Below are positions 27,758-36,188 of a DNA stretch of 64,000 nucleotides, one piece after another (the stretch's first letter is position 1; the number at the start of each line of letters is the position of its first letter). The DNA comes from Candidatus Staskawiczbacteria bacterium. Its GTDB lineage: Bacteria; Patescibacteriota; Minisyncoccia; Minisyncoccales; Staskawiczbacteraceae. The notes under the pieces are model-generated. The model did no database searches, was not told the DNA's origin, and saw nothing but the letters and a program-made list of their open reading frames with translations. A program made the translations under genes and the position numbers. The stretch covers positions 3,115 through 67,114 of the forward strand of contig JAPLZF010000019.1 of assembly GCA_026395175.1 (NCBI GenBank), written 5' to 3'.

Positions 27758-28300
27758 TTAGTAGGAATGTGTTTTTATTTGCAAACTGAAATTATACGGC
27801 GGACCTGATTCAGAGCCGAAAGAAATGCTGGTAACTTCAAAAATACGCGATGAATTTTCCAATGAAACGATGAAATTTTCCAATGACTCATAATCTCCCG
27901 ACAGGCTCATTGAAAAAAATATGTCTTTAATATTATTGCCGGCAGTGCCGGCATTGGCATTTACGCCAATCAAGGAAGATTTGGACAAAAATAAATTTTT
28001 GACTATAAGCCCGTTTTCGTTGGCTGTTTCCTGGAGAAAATAAATAGTATTGCCCAAATCGGCGTTTTTCGGCAGGGCATCATCAATTTTCTGGACATCA
28101 TCCTGGCGACTCTGCAGGTCAAAATAAGTTTTAGTTATGGCTGCGTAGTAATCAAATTCCGCGTTAAACTCCGCTTTTTTTTCGCCAAATTCTGTCCGCA
28201 ATTGTTTAAATGTATTATATTCCGGCACTGCCAAAAAGAATATCAACAATAAAATGATGAAAAAAGTTACGGCTATGGCAATGGGACGGTCTATTTGCAT
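27758..28300 (-). CDS. PilO-like pilus alignment protein
   Basis: 180-aa ORF; N-terminal TM helix then coiled-coil-like segment, synteny after pilM/pilN-like. Confidence 0.55.
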   Translation of the reverse strand: MQIDRPIAIAVTFFIILLLIFFLAVPEYNTFKQLRTEFGEKKAEFNAEFDYYAAITKTYFDLQSRQDDVQKIDDALPKNADLGNTIYFLQETANENGLIVKNLFLSKSSLIGVNANAGTAGNNIKDIFFSMSLSGDYESLENFIVSLENSSRIFEVTSISFGSESGPPYNFSLQIKTHSY

Positions 28301-28313
28301 TGAATAAATTATT

Positions 28314-28913
28314 TTATTGCGCCGGCAGTTGGTCTGACGGCGTCGTGGTTTCCAAAATTGGAAGCGTATCAGAAATGTAATCGAATATATTCTGGTTCAA
28401 CACAAGGTCTATGTTGAAAGATATTCTTGCAGATTCTCCCAGTGTAGAATTCAGGGTTCCTATGCTCTTGATATATTTTTTATTGCCTTCATTTTCAAAT
28501 ATTGCCACTTGCCTGGAAAAAGAATCCATGTCGTCAGCCTCGCCGGATAATTGCACAGCACTATTTTTTTCATCCAGGCTAAACTGCTTAAACCAGACAT
28601 TCTGCATAGTCTGCTTTTGCGCAAAAACAAACACATTTGAGGCAAATTCATGATTTTTAAACAGCTCGGAAAAATCATTAATCTTATTCCGGTAATCAAT
28701 GACATTTTTTTCATATTCATTCTGCTGGTAAGTTCCCACTGTCTGCAGAGCTAAAGTTTCTTTTTTTATATCTTCTCTCTGCAAATTGTTCTTAATCAGA
28801 AAAATAAGATAGCAAAGCACGGTGGCTATCAGCAAAGATATCACAAAATAAAATATCACATCCATCCACCAGAATTTTTTATTTCTTAATTGGAATATTG
28901 CAGAAAAATCCAT
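28314..28913 (-). CDS. PilN-like pilus alignment protein
   Basis: 199-aa ORF; single TM helix, synteny immediately after pilM. Confidence 0.5.
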   Translation of the reverse strand: MDFSAIFQLRNKKFWWMDVIFYFVISLLIATVLCYLIFLIKNNLQREDIKKETLALQTVGTYQQNEYEKNVIDYRNKINDFSELFKNHEFASNVFVFAQKQTMQNVWFKQFSLDEKNSAVQLSGEADDMDSFSRQVAIFENEGNKKYIKSIGTLNSTLGESARISFNIDLVLNQNIFDYISDTLPILETTTPSDQLPAQ

Positions 28914-28952
28914 CTTATTATTATATTATACAACAAATTAAATTATAACGCA

Positions 28953-30068
28953 TTATGTTTCCAATCCTCCCAACGCGACTCCCGTTGCCACAGAAAAACT
29001 TGGCGCCATTTTTTCAAGATTTTGTTCCAATATGGGAGGGTATAAAAGTTCGGAAAAGCAATTGGGAATTTCAACTTTCTTTTTTAAAACCTCTGCAAAA
29101 TATTCTTTAAGCCCGGGCAGGCTGGACGTTCCGCCGGTCAGATAAATTACATCTGCTTCTTTACCCTCCTGCTGATAAAAATCAGATAATATTTTTTTCA
29201 CTTCAATTATCAAAGGGTCAATCAGCAGATACAGCGTTTTGGAAATTTCTTCTTTTGAAGAAACCAGCCCTTCTTTATTTTTCAATTCTTCGGCTTCAAC
29301 ATGGCCCAAACCCAAAGCCGAAGATATGTTATAAGTGAGTTGTCTGCCGGCAAAATTAAAGCTATAGCTTTTTTTCAGGCTTTTTTTGTCAATCATACTG
29401 ATAGTCGTGCTTTGGACTCCTATGTCTATCAAGCAAACGCAATTTTTGTTTTCTCTAACCAAAGATCTCACCAGCCCCATTGTTTCAGCTTCAACGGCAT
29501 AAAGCTCCACGCCGGCCAATTGGGCGACTTTCTGATAATCCTGTATAATCTGATTCGGAATGGCAACTAAAAATATTTTCAAAGCCGATTGCTTTTCGCC
29601 GGGAGTTCCTCCTATCAATTTCCAATCCAAAGTTGTTTCTGTTATTGGCAAAGGAATATATTGTGAAGCATTGTAATAAACTGCTTCTTTTAATTCATTG
29701 GCGCCCATGGGCGGCAATTCAAAAGATGTGCAGAAAGTCGAAAAATCAGGAATTGAAAATATGACTGCTTTTGTTTTTATCCTTGCCTCGTCTAAAATTG
29801 CCCTTATTGCCCTGGAAACAAAATAATTGGAAAGCAGATAGCTTCCTTTTTCAATATTACGGAACGGCTCTTTATAAAGAGAGCTTGACTTTATTTCTCC
29901 GTAGTTTTCCAATGCTTTTCCCTGACCCCACCTTGATAATTCAACAACTTTGATTGACGAAGTGCCAACATCGATTCCCACCATTTTTTTAGGAAAAAAC
30001 ATTTTCAAAGGATTGGAAAAAATATTCAACTTTTCTATATTAAAATTTTCCAAAGGATTTGGACTCAT
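28953..30068 (-). CDS. pilM: Type IV pilus assembly protein PilM (actin-like ATPase fold)
   Basis: 371-aa ORF; GIDVGTSSIKVVEL phosphate-1 motif, LTGGTSSLPGL. Confidence 0.85.
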   Translation of the reverse strand: MSPNPLENFNIEKLNIFSNPLKMFFPKKMVGIDVGTSSIKVVELSRWGQGKALENYGEIKSSSLYKEPFRNIEKGSYLLSNYFVSRAIRAILDEARIKTKAVIFSIPDFSTFCTSFELPPMGANELKEAVYYNASQYIPLPITETTLDWKLIGGTPGEKQSALKIFLVAIPNQIIQDYQKVAQLAGVELYAVEAETMGLVRSLVRENKNCVCLIDIGVQSTTISMIDKKSLKKSYSFNFAGRQLTYNISSALGLGHVEAEELKNKEGLVSSKEEISKTLYLLIDPLIIEVKKILSDFYQQEGKEADVIYLTGGTSSLPGLKEYFAEVLKKKVEIPNCFSELLYPPILEQNLEKMAPSFSVATGVALGGLET

Positions 30069-30078
30069 AATTGATTTT

Positions 30079-30116
30079 ATTATACAATAAAATCAATAAA
30101 ACAACCCTGTGGATAA
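30079..30116 (-). promoter_or_regulatory. pilM upstream region with TTATCCACA box and TATAAT
   Basis: minus strand TTATCCACA (30108..30116) ... TATAAT (30079..30084) 10 nt before the pilM ATG; -35 not convincing. Confidence 0.4.
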
Positions 30117-30222
30117 CATAACGCCAAAAACCAAAGAGTTTCTCCTTGATTTGTTTTTCCCGAAGTTTTGTCTGGGATGCCAAAAAGAAGGAACATATTT
30201 ATGCGACGACTGCCGGTAGCTT

Positions 30223-30864
30223 TTGGATATTTCTGAATATAATTATTGCCTTTGCGACAAGCCTGCCAGAATTTTATCAGACTCGAAATTGGGCAAGTGC
30301 AGCCAATGCCAAAAAAAAGAACTTTCCGGTCTTTATTTTGCGCTTCCCTACAAAGAAAAAAACATTACCAGGAAATTAATTTATCAATTCAAATACAAGC
30401 CATATTTGAAAGATTTGGCAAAGACTTTAGCAAGCATTTTAATTGAGCATTTTGTGCTTTCAAAAAATAATACAAATGAAATCTGGGAAAACTCTGTTTT
30501 AATTCCGGTTCCGCTGGATAAGAAGAAAATAAAAATACGCGGTTACAACCAATCTGAAGAGCTGGCAAAAGAATTGTCAAAAGTTCTGCAAATTCCTGTG
30601 ATTTCCAATGTTTTGGTCAAAACAAAATCCACCAAGCCGCAAATGGAACTGAAAAAGGAAGAAAGAGAAAAAAATCTTCTCGGTGCTTTTGTAATAAAAA
30701 AATCCCTGCCTACCGGCGGGCAGGCCGAAAAAATTTCGGGTACAAAAGTATTTTTAGTTGACGATGTTTACACTACCGGCTCTACAATGGCAGAATGCGC
30801 CAAAGTTTTACGCCATGCCGGCGCGAAGCAAGTTTGGGGTATAACTATCGCCCGCGAAGGATAA
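30223..30864 (+). CDS. comF: ComF-family phosphoribosyltransferase-domain protein (open part downstream of an in-frame TAG)
   Basis: 213-aa ORF (TTG start in track); VFLVDDVYTTGSTMAECA PRT motif; the ComF zinc-finger N-terminus is encoded upstream in the same frame from GTG 30109 but separated by TAG at 30217..30219. Confidence 0.75.
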   Translation: MDISEYNYCLCDKPARILSDSKLGKCSQCQKKELSGLYFALPYKEKNITRKLIYQFKYKPYLKDLAKTLASILIEHFVLSKNNTNEIWENSVLIPVPLDKKKIKIRGYNQSEELAKELSKVLQIPVISNVLVKTKSTKPQMELKKEEREKNLLGAFVIKKSLPTGGQAEKISGTKVFLVDDVYTTGSTMAECAKVLRHAGAKQVWGITIAREG

Positions 30865-30867
30865 AAA

Positions 30868-31236
30868 TTACTTCAGCAAGGTTTTTACTTTTTCAACAAT
30901 TTCTTCCGGAGTCAGCTGGGCTTTTACCAGAAAATCTGCGGCTCCCAACTTCAACCCTTTGCTGATTTCCTCCTGCTGTCCAAGGTTAGACAAAATAATA
31001 ACAGGAATCGAGCCTGTTTCGCTGTCTGCTTTTATTTTTGACAAAACCTCAAAGCCGTCCATAGTCGGCAAAACTAAGTCAAGCAAAATTAAATCTGGCA
31101 TTATTTTTTTTGCTTCTTTAACGCCGTCTGCGCCGTCGACTGCCAAAGAAACATCAAATCCTTCCGACGACATTTTTTTGCTTATCAGCTGCCTCAAAAA
31201 GATATCGTCTTCCACAATTAAAATTTTTTTTGCCAT
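30868..31236 (-). CDS. Stand-alone response-regulator receiver domain (CheY/PilH-like)
   Basis: 122-aa ORF; ILIVEDD, phospho-acceptor LILLDLVLP, conserved K in FLVKAQL. Confidence 0.85.
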   Translation of the reverse strand: MAKKILIVEDDIFLRQLISKKMSSEGFDVSLAVDGADGVKEAKKIMPDLILLDLVLPTMDGFEVLSKIKADSETGSIPVIILSNLGQQEEISKGLKLGAADFLVKAQLTPEEIVEKVKTLLK

Positions 31237-31268
31237 GTCTTTTTATTTTGTTATTATATATTATTTTA

Positions 31269-31664
31269 TTATACTACTCTTTCAACAGTCTGCCAATCGC
31301 CATCAACCCACAACATAACAACTTCAATTGGAAATCCGAATGATTCAATTATTCCTTTGCATTTTTTAAGCTGTTCTATTTGCTCTTCTTTTGGAGCCGG
31401 ATTTCCCGCGCACCCGAAATGCCCCACAATGGCAACTGCTTTTGAACCATAGTGATTTACCGAAATTTCAATTCTTTTTTTAATGTCGTCGATAACTGAA
31501 ATATCGCAGTCTTTTCCTTCGCACAAAATCTTGTTTGGTCCGGGCTCGGTAACCATGTCCACATAATCTGCGCCATAATTTTTCTGCATATAAATCTTTA
31601 CAGCATCTTGGACTCTGCCGTCCATACAATTTATTGCGCACGCAAATGTTTTTGTATTTTCCAT
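31269..31664 (-). CDS. Small protein with beta-carbonic-anhydrase-like CxDxR / HxxC motifs
   Basis: 131-aa ORF; INCMDGRVQ and GHFGCAG; assignment tentative. Confidence 0.35.
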   Translation of the reverse strand: MENTKTFACAINCMDGRVQDAVKIYMQKNYGADYVDMVTEPGPNKILCEGKDCDISVIDDIKKRIEISVNHYGSKAVAIVGHFGCAGNPAPKEEQIEQLKKCKGIIESFGFPIEVVMLWVDGDWQTVERVV

Positions 31665-31686
31665 ATTATTTTATTTTTTAGCAAAG

Positions 31687-31771
31687 CGGAGGAGGTGAGA
31701 CTCGAACTCACGAATCCCCTAAGGGATTACGGTTTTCAAGACCGTTGCAATAGCCGCTATGCGACTCCTCC
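31687..31771 (-). tRNA. tRNA-Ser (anticodon UGA)
   Basis: hand-folded cloverleaf: acceptor GGAGGAG/CTCCTCC, anticodon stem ACGGT/ACCGT loop CTTGAAA, long variable arm, T-loop TTCGAGT. Confidence 0.9.
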
Positions 31772-31797
31772 AATAATAATATAACACATTTTTTAAC

Positions 31798-32508
31798 TTA
31801 TGACAATCCTAAACTTTTCAAAAGTTCTGAAAGTTCGTAGCCTTTTATTTCTCGAAAATCCCCTGCCTGCAAGCTTCCCAGCTTAATGTTCATAATTCTT
31901 CTTCTTTCCAAATTTACTATTCCATAACCTAAAGCGTCGCACATTCTTCTTATTTGATGTTTTTTCCCCTCTGTTAAAATTATTGAAAACCTGTCTGAGC
32001 TAATTTTTGTAACACTGCATTTTTTTGTAACATATCCGTCGTCAAGTTTTACCCCATCGGCCATTCTTCTAAAAAATAAATTTTCCAATTTTTTATTTGC
32101 TTTTATTATATATTCTTTTTGGTGGTTATATTCTGGATTTAAAAGCTTGTCTGTCAGCCTGCCGTCGTTGGTTAAAATAATAAGGCCGGAAGAATTTTTG
32201 TCCAATCTGCCCACCGGAAAAACACCTTTGCCAAAATTTACTATATCTTTTATTTCTTTTTCGCCCAATTGTGGGCTGTGCGTGATAACTCCTTTTGGCT
32301 TGTTAAATGCCAAATAAACCAACTTCTTTGTGGCATTATCGGCAACAACCACTTTGTCGTTTTCATTGACTTTATCTCCCAAAACAGCAATTTTTCCGTT
32401 GATTCTAACTTTTTTTTGTATAATTAATTCGTCTGCCTCGCGTCTGGCGCAGATTTTTTTGTAAGCTAAATATTTATTTATCCTCACCGGATATTTAATT
32501 TCTTCCAT
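31798..32508 (-). CDS. Pseudouridine synthase, RsuA/RluB family with S4 domain
   Basis: 236-aa ORF; GRLDKNSSGLIILTNDG catalytic Asp motif. Confidence 0.85.
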   Translation of the reverse strand: MEEIKYPVRINKYLAYKKICARREADELIIQKKVRINGKIAVLGDKVNENDKVVVADNATKKLVYLAFNKPKGVITHSPQLGEKEIKDIVNFGKGVFPVGRLDKNSSGLIILTNDGRLTDKLLNPEYNHQKEYIIKANKKLENLFFRRMADGVKLDDGYVTKKCSVTKISSDRFSIILTEGKKHQIRRMCDALGYGIVNLERRRIMNIKLGSLQAGDFREIKGYELSELLKSLGLS

Positions 32509-32511
32509 AGA

Positions 32512-33285
32512 TTATGCCAAGACTGTATTTATAATTTGCAAAATATCATGTTTATGACTATCAGATAAAATGCCAAACATTTTTAGCATTTCTAGAAATA
32601 CTTTAATGTTATTTTCCGTTATTTCAAAATGGGCAATTTCTTTTGTTTCGGCGGTTCGCCCGATTAAACTAGTTATAGCTTTTAGCTCTGTAATCGGGAA
32701 ACATAAATATAACATCGGCTGTGTACCAACTGCATATTGTTTTTCGGTAATTTTTATCTCAGTAACTATTTCATATCCATTAAATTTATGGATTAAAAGT
32801 GGATATTTAACTTGAGTATATTCAAAATCAAATCCATTTATATTTTTTTCTATTGGGTGGCTGCGATCAATTTGCAACTCAGAATTGTTAGCAATCAAAT
32901 CGTGGCTTTGTATTGAATTAAGATAAGTGATAACACCTTCTAATTCTTCTCTCGACACTATGTTCCATTTATAAAAATACCAAATATACTCCGATAATTC
33001 ATAAAGCGCTTTAATTTTTCCATTTGCGCCAGTGAATTCGGTTTCTGGCAATGATGACTCTGCGAGTTTTTCGATTTCCTTTTTAACAACGTCATAACCG
33101 ATTTGCCATTCAACATAATTACTCAAAGCAAATCCGTCGCGTTTAACAGCTACGGGCGTTCCATATTCATTTACAATCGAACGATTTTTAACGCGAATTT
33201 TTCCGCTGACAGCGGTTAATAAAATTGGCACTTCAATTTTATGTTCCTGCTCGTTAACTAAAATTTTTGGCATATTTTTCTCCAA
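32512..33285 (-). CDS. Hypothetical protein, candidate cognate restriction endonuclease
   Basis: 257-aa ORF directly downstream of and overlapping the methyltransferase gene; no motif recognised, call rests on position only. Confidence 0.3.
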   Translation of the reverse strand: MEKNMPKILVNEQEHKIEVPILLTAVSGKIRVKNRSIVNEYGTPVAVKRDGFALSNYVEWQIGYDVVKKEIEKLAESSLPETEFTGANGKIKALYELSEYIWYFYKWNIVSREELEGVITYLNSIQSHDLIANNSELQIDRSHPIEKNINGFDFEYTQVKYPLLIHKFNGYEIVTEIKITEKQYAVGTQPMLYLCFPITELKAITSLIGRTAETKEIAHFEITENNIKVFLEMLKMFGILSDSHKHDILQIINTVLA

Positions 33286-34426
33286 ATTTAGCTCCTAATA
33301 ATTCTTTAAAATAATTTTCTATTTTTAGTTTAGCATTAGGAATTTCTCTAAATTTAAATTTATTTTTTAAAATAGGATTTGTGTGAACGCTCTGAGCAAT
33401 AAAACATTCTTTTATCTCATTAAATTTTTTATTATCAATTATCACATCACAATTTCCGATAAAATACGGCATCTTATCTGCGTATTGTTTAAAGACATCA
33501 ATATAACAATAGTATGGGAGCTTTTCCATAAATATATAAACAGTGTTATAAGTATCAGAATCGATAAAAGTACGATTACGTTTAAGCGCATTTATATCCC
33601 TTAAAGTCCAAAACTTTGCCACTGGTTTGTCATTTTTATTTAAATATTTTTTATTTGGATATTTTTGAACATAATGAACTATTGTGTCAAAATCTTTTAA
33701 ACGAAAAAGTCCGTCATCTTTTACTCTAAATTGATAATCTTGAATATAATCATAAGTCATCCCATCTTGATCTCTTTTATAAAGAGATATTAAGATGGGA
33801 AAAGCCATTCCGCGAGAAGTATCAGAAAATTCATGACTGCTTATTATTAATCCGTCAATTAATTTATAGTTTTCGGCAAATTTTGAGAGCAAAGCAAAAT
33901 TCGCTTTCTTTATTAGATAGGACAGCGGATGCAAAACACAAACGTAATCCGCTTGAAGTTTATTGTAAGAAAGCAAAAAAGACATCCCTAAATCTCTGGT
34001 TTTTATATCCGGGTCAATTTTATCTTGAACGGAAGCATCTTTTATAGAATTGCGGATTATAGAAGTTGTATCATTATACGGCGGATTACCTATGACTATA
34101 AGTTTTTCATTATTTCCAATCGTCAAGTTTTTCCGAAAAACACTTAAGAGTGAATTTTGATAAATAAAATCTACATCATCGATTCTTTTTTTTGCTTCAG
34201 AGATAGCTTTCTCATCGATATCAGCGCCGATCAATCTTTTTGCAATATTTTTTTTTGTTAAAAATGAACCATAGCCACAAGACGAATCTAAAATTGTAAA
34301 ATCTTTGATACTTTGAATGTTTTTTTGCAAAATAGAATAAGCCAAATCAACAATAACCTCCGGCGTATAATAAGAGCCAAGATTAACCGTGTCCGTATGA
34401 TTTAAATGTTCCTGATTTCTATTCAT
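33254..34426 (-). CDS. N6-adenine DNA methyltransferase (gamma-class, TaqI/Eco57I-like)
   Basis: 390-aa ORF; motif I LDSSCGYGSFL and motif IV VIGNPPYN. Confidence 0.85.
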   Translation of the reverse strand: MNRNQEHLNHTDTVNLGSYYTPEVIVDLAYSILQKNIQSIKDFTILDSSCGYGSFLTKKNIAKRLIGADIDEKAISEAKKRIDDVDFIYQNSLLSVFRKNLTIGNNEKLIVIGNPPYNDTTSIIRNSIKDASVQDKIDPDIKTRDLGMSFLLSYNKLQADYVCVLHPLSYLIKKANFALLSKFAENYKLIDGLIISSHEFSDTSRGMAFPILISLYKRDQDGMTYDYIQDYQFRVKDDGLFRLKDFDTIVHYVQKYPNKKYLNKNDKPVAKFWTLRDINALKRNRTFIDSDTYNTVYIFMEKLPYYCYIDVFKQYADKMPYFIGNCDVIIDNKKFNEIKECFIAQSVHTNPILKNKFKFREIPNAKLKIENYFKELLGAKFGEKYAKNFS

Positions 34427-34456
34427 AACTTTATTATATCAGTTTTTCATAATATT

Positions 34457-34543
34457 TGGCGGAGGAGGTGGGAGTCGAACCCACAAGCCCCCGAAGGGGC
34501 AGAGATTAGCAATCTCTTGCAATAACCATTATGCGACTCCTCC
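34457..34543 (-). tRNA. tRNA-Ser (anticodon GCU), CCA encoded
   Basis: same acceptor stem as the other tRNA-Ser; anticodon stem AGAGA/TCTCT loop TTGCTAA; long variable arm. Confidence 0.9.
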
Positions 34544-34656
34544 CAATTGTTTTTTATTCTACCTTCAAAAACACTTTAAGTCAATTTGAAATTTTTGTGT
34601 TTGTTCATTCGGATAGATTATAGTATAATTAATCAATATGATTTGTACGAATCAAA

Positions 34657-35352
34657 ATGCGAGGAAAAAGTTATTCAGCGGGAGACAAAGAAAAAGTTAA
34701 AAGATTAATATTGAGTGGCAAAAGTTATAATGAAATAACCAAAATTTTGGGTACACCTAAAAGCACAATCAGCGTTTGGTTTGGAAAGACATTGAAAAAA
34801 CCTGTAAGTCGTAGGGCGATGCTTAATCATTTAAAAGAGGCTCGTAAGATTGCTGTAACAAAATTAAAAATTAAATGGGATAAAATTAGAAATGACGAAA
34901 ATAAATTAATATCAGAAATAGTTGAAAAAGAATTGCCTACCTACCCTTTGGACAATATCGGATTTTACAAAGCCATGCTTTCAATGCTATATTGGGCAGA
35001 GGGAGCAAAACGTAAGGGTATGTCCGGTATGAAATTAGCAAATAGCGATCCTAAACTAATAAAATTATTTATAGCATTAATGAGAAAATGTTATAATATA
35101 GATGAAAGAAAATTTAAGGTAGGATTATATTTACATTACTATCATTCGATTAAAAAGGTAAAAAATTTCTGGTCTGACTTGTTGGGCATTCCCCTATCTC
35201 AATTTCACAAAGTTTATATTAAAAAAAGAAGCAAAACAAAAAGATACAGAAAAAATTTTGTTGGCGTCTGTTTTTTATATTATTCAGATAATAAGATAAG
35301 AAAAGAGTTATTAGAATTGGGAAACCAGTTACAAATGTATTTTTCAAAATAA
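34657..35352 (+). CDS. HTH plus LAGLIDADG-like domain protein, paralog 1
   Basis: 231-aa ORF; N-terminal HTH-like GKSYNEITKILGTPKSTISVW; MLYWAEGAK...LANSDPKLIKLF resembling a LAGLIDADG helix plus following strand; paralogs at 59193 and 61755. Confidence 0.45.
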   Translation: MRGKSYSAGDKEKVKRLILSGKSYNEITKILGTPKSTISVWFGKTLKKPVSRRAMLNHLKEARKIAVTKLKIKWDKIRNDENKLISEIVEKELPTYPLDNIGFYKAMLSMLYWAEGAKRKGMSGMKLANSDPKLIKLFIALMRKCYNIDERKFKVGLYLHYYHSIKKVKNFWSDLLGIPLSQFHKVYIKKRSKTKRYRKNFVGVCFLYYSDNKIRKELLELGNQLQMYFSK

Positions 35353-35359
35353 AAACAAT

Positions 35360-35431
35360 GCCCTCGTGGTCTAATGGATAAGACGCAACGTTGCGGACGT
35401 TGTAATGCAGGTTCGAATCCTACCGAGGGCA
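35360..35431 (+). tRNA. tRNA-Arg (anticodon GCG)
   Basis: acceptor GCCCTCG/CGAGGGC, anticodon stem CAACG/CGTTG loop TTGCGGA; one mismatch in T stem. Confidence 0.8.
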
Positions 35432-35449
35432 CAATTAAAAATAAAAAAT

Positions 35450-36184
35450 ATGAAAAAAACAAAATTAATTTTATTAATAATTTTACTAGCTATAATTGGA
35501 ACTTGTTTTTTACTTTATAAAATTACTATTAAAAAAGACATTGAGCCAGTAAATAAAACTTCCGAAATTTCTATTCAAGACCAAAAAATAACAGACAACA
35601 CAAAACCTTTTAAAATAGACATCACCTACCCGCAAATAACCGGGCTAGATGATTTTAACCAAAAATCAAAAGCAATTATTGATAAAGAATTAGCTGATTT
35701 TAAAACAAACTCTTTGGCAAACGACGAAGCTGTAAAAAAAGTTGACCCAGTAGATTATGCAAAATTTCCAAGAGAATATGACTTGAATATTGGCTATGAT
35801 AAAGGCGAAATTGATGAAAACATTGTCAGCGTAATTTTTAATGTTTATAATTTTGAAGGCGGAGCTCATGGAGCCAGTTATTTTGTGCCGTTAAATTATA
35901 ACCCAAAAACAAAGCAAGAAATAAAATTAGCCGACTTATTTGCCGGTCAGCCAGACTATCTTCAAAAAATTTCTGATTTTTGCATTAAAGATTTAACAAA
36001 ACAATTAACCGACTCTGGCGGAATTGAAATGACAGACTCAAGCTGGATACAAAGAGGAGCCGGCCCCACAGCAGAAAATTTCCAGTTTTTCCTAATTAAT
36101 ACAAATAATATTGTATTTTACTTCCCACAATATCAAGTAGCCGCCGGCGCAGCTGGTGATTTCAAAGTCACAATGCCAAAATAA
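35450..36184 (+). CDS. DUF3298/DUF4163-type (RsiV/PdaC-like) membrane-anchored protein
   Basis: start moved to MKKTKLILLIILL (track ORF start lies inside the tRNA); FEGGAHGASYF motif typical of DUF3298. Confidence 0.65.
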   Translation: MKKTKLILLIILLAIIGTCFLLYKITIKKDIEPVNKTSEISIQDQKITDNTKPFKIDITYPQITGLDDFNQKSKAIIDKELADFKTNSLANDEAVKKVDPVDYAKFPREYDLNIGYDKGEIDENIVSVIFNVYNFEGGAHGASYFVPLNYNPKTKQEIKLADLFAGQPDYLQKISDFCIKDLTKQLTDSGGIEMTDSSWIQRGAGPTAENFQFFLINTNNIVFYFPQYQVAAGAAGDFKVTMPK

Positions 36185-36188
36185 AAAA

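Noticed and set aside
30217-30219. Genome-wide stop-codon reassignment (TAG or TGA recoding)
   Set aside because: All large conserved genes are uninterrupted under the standard code. TAG terminates rpoB and the 4230..4772 gene at the expected positions. Only comF shows an internal TAG.
35405-35449. Track ORF start at 35405 for the DUF3298 gene, and 36156 for recG
   Set aside because: The 35405 start lies inside tRNA-Arg and the 36156 start overlaps the preceding gene. Internal ATGs give typical N-termini: a signal-anchor MKKTKLILL, and RecG MISLSTKVEEIPKIG.
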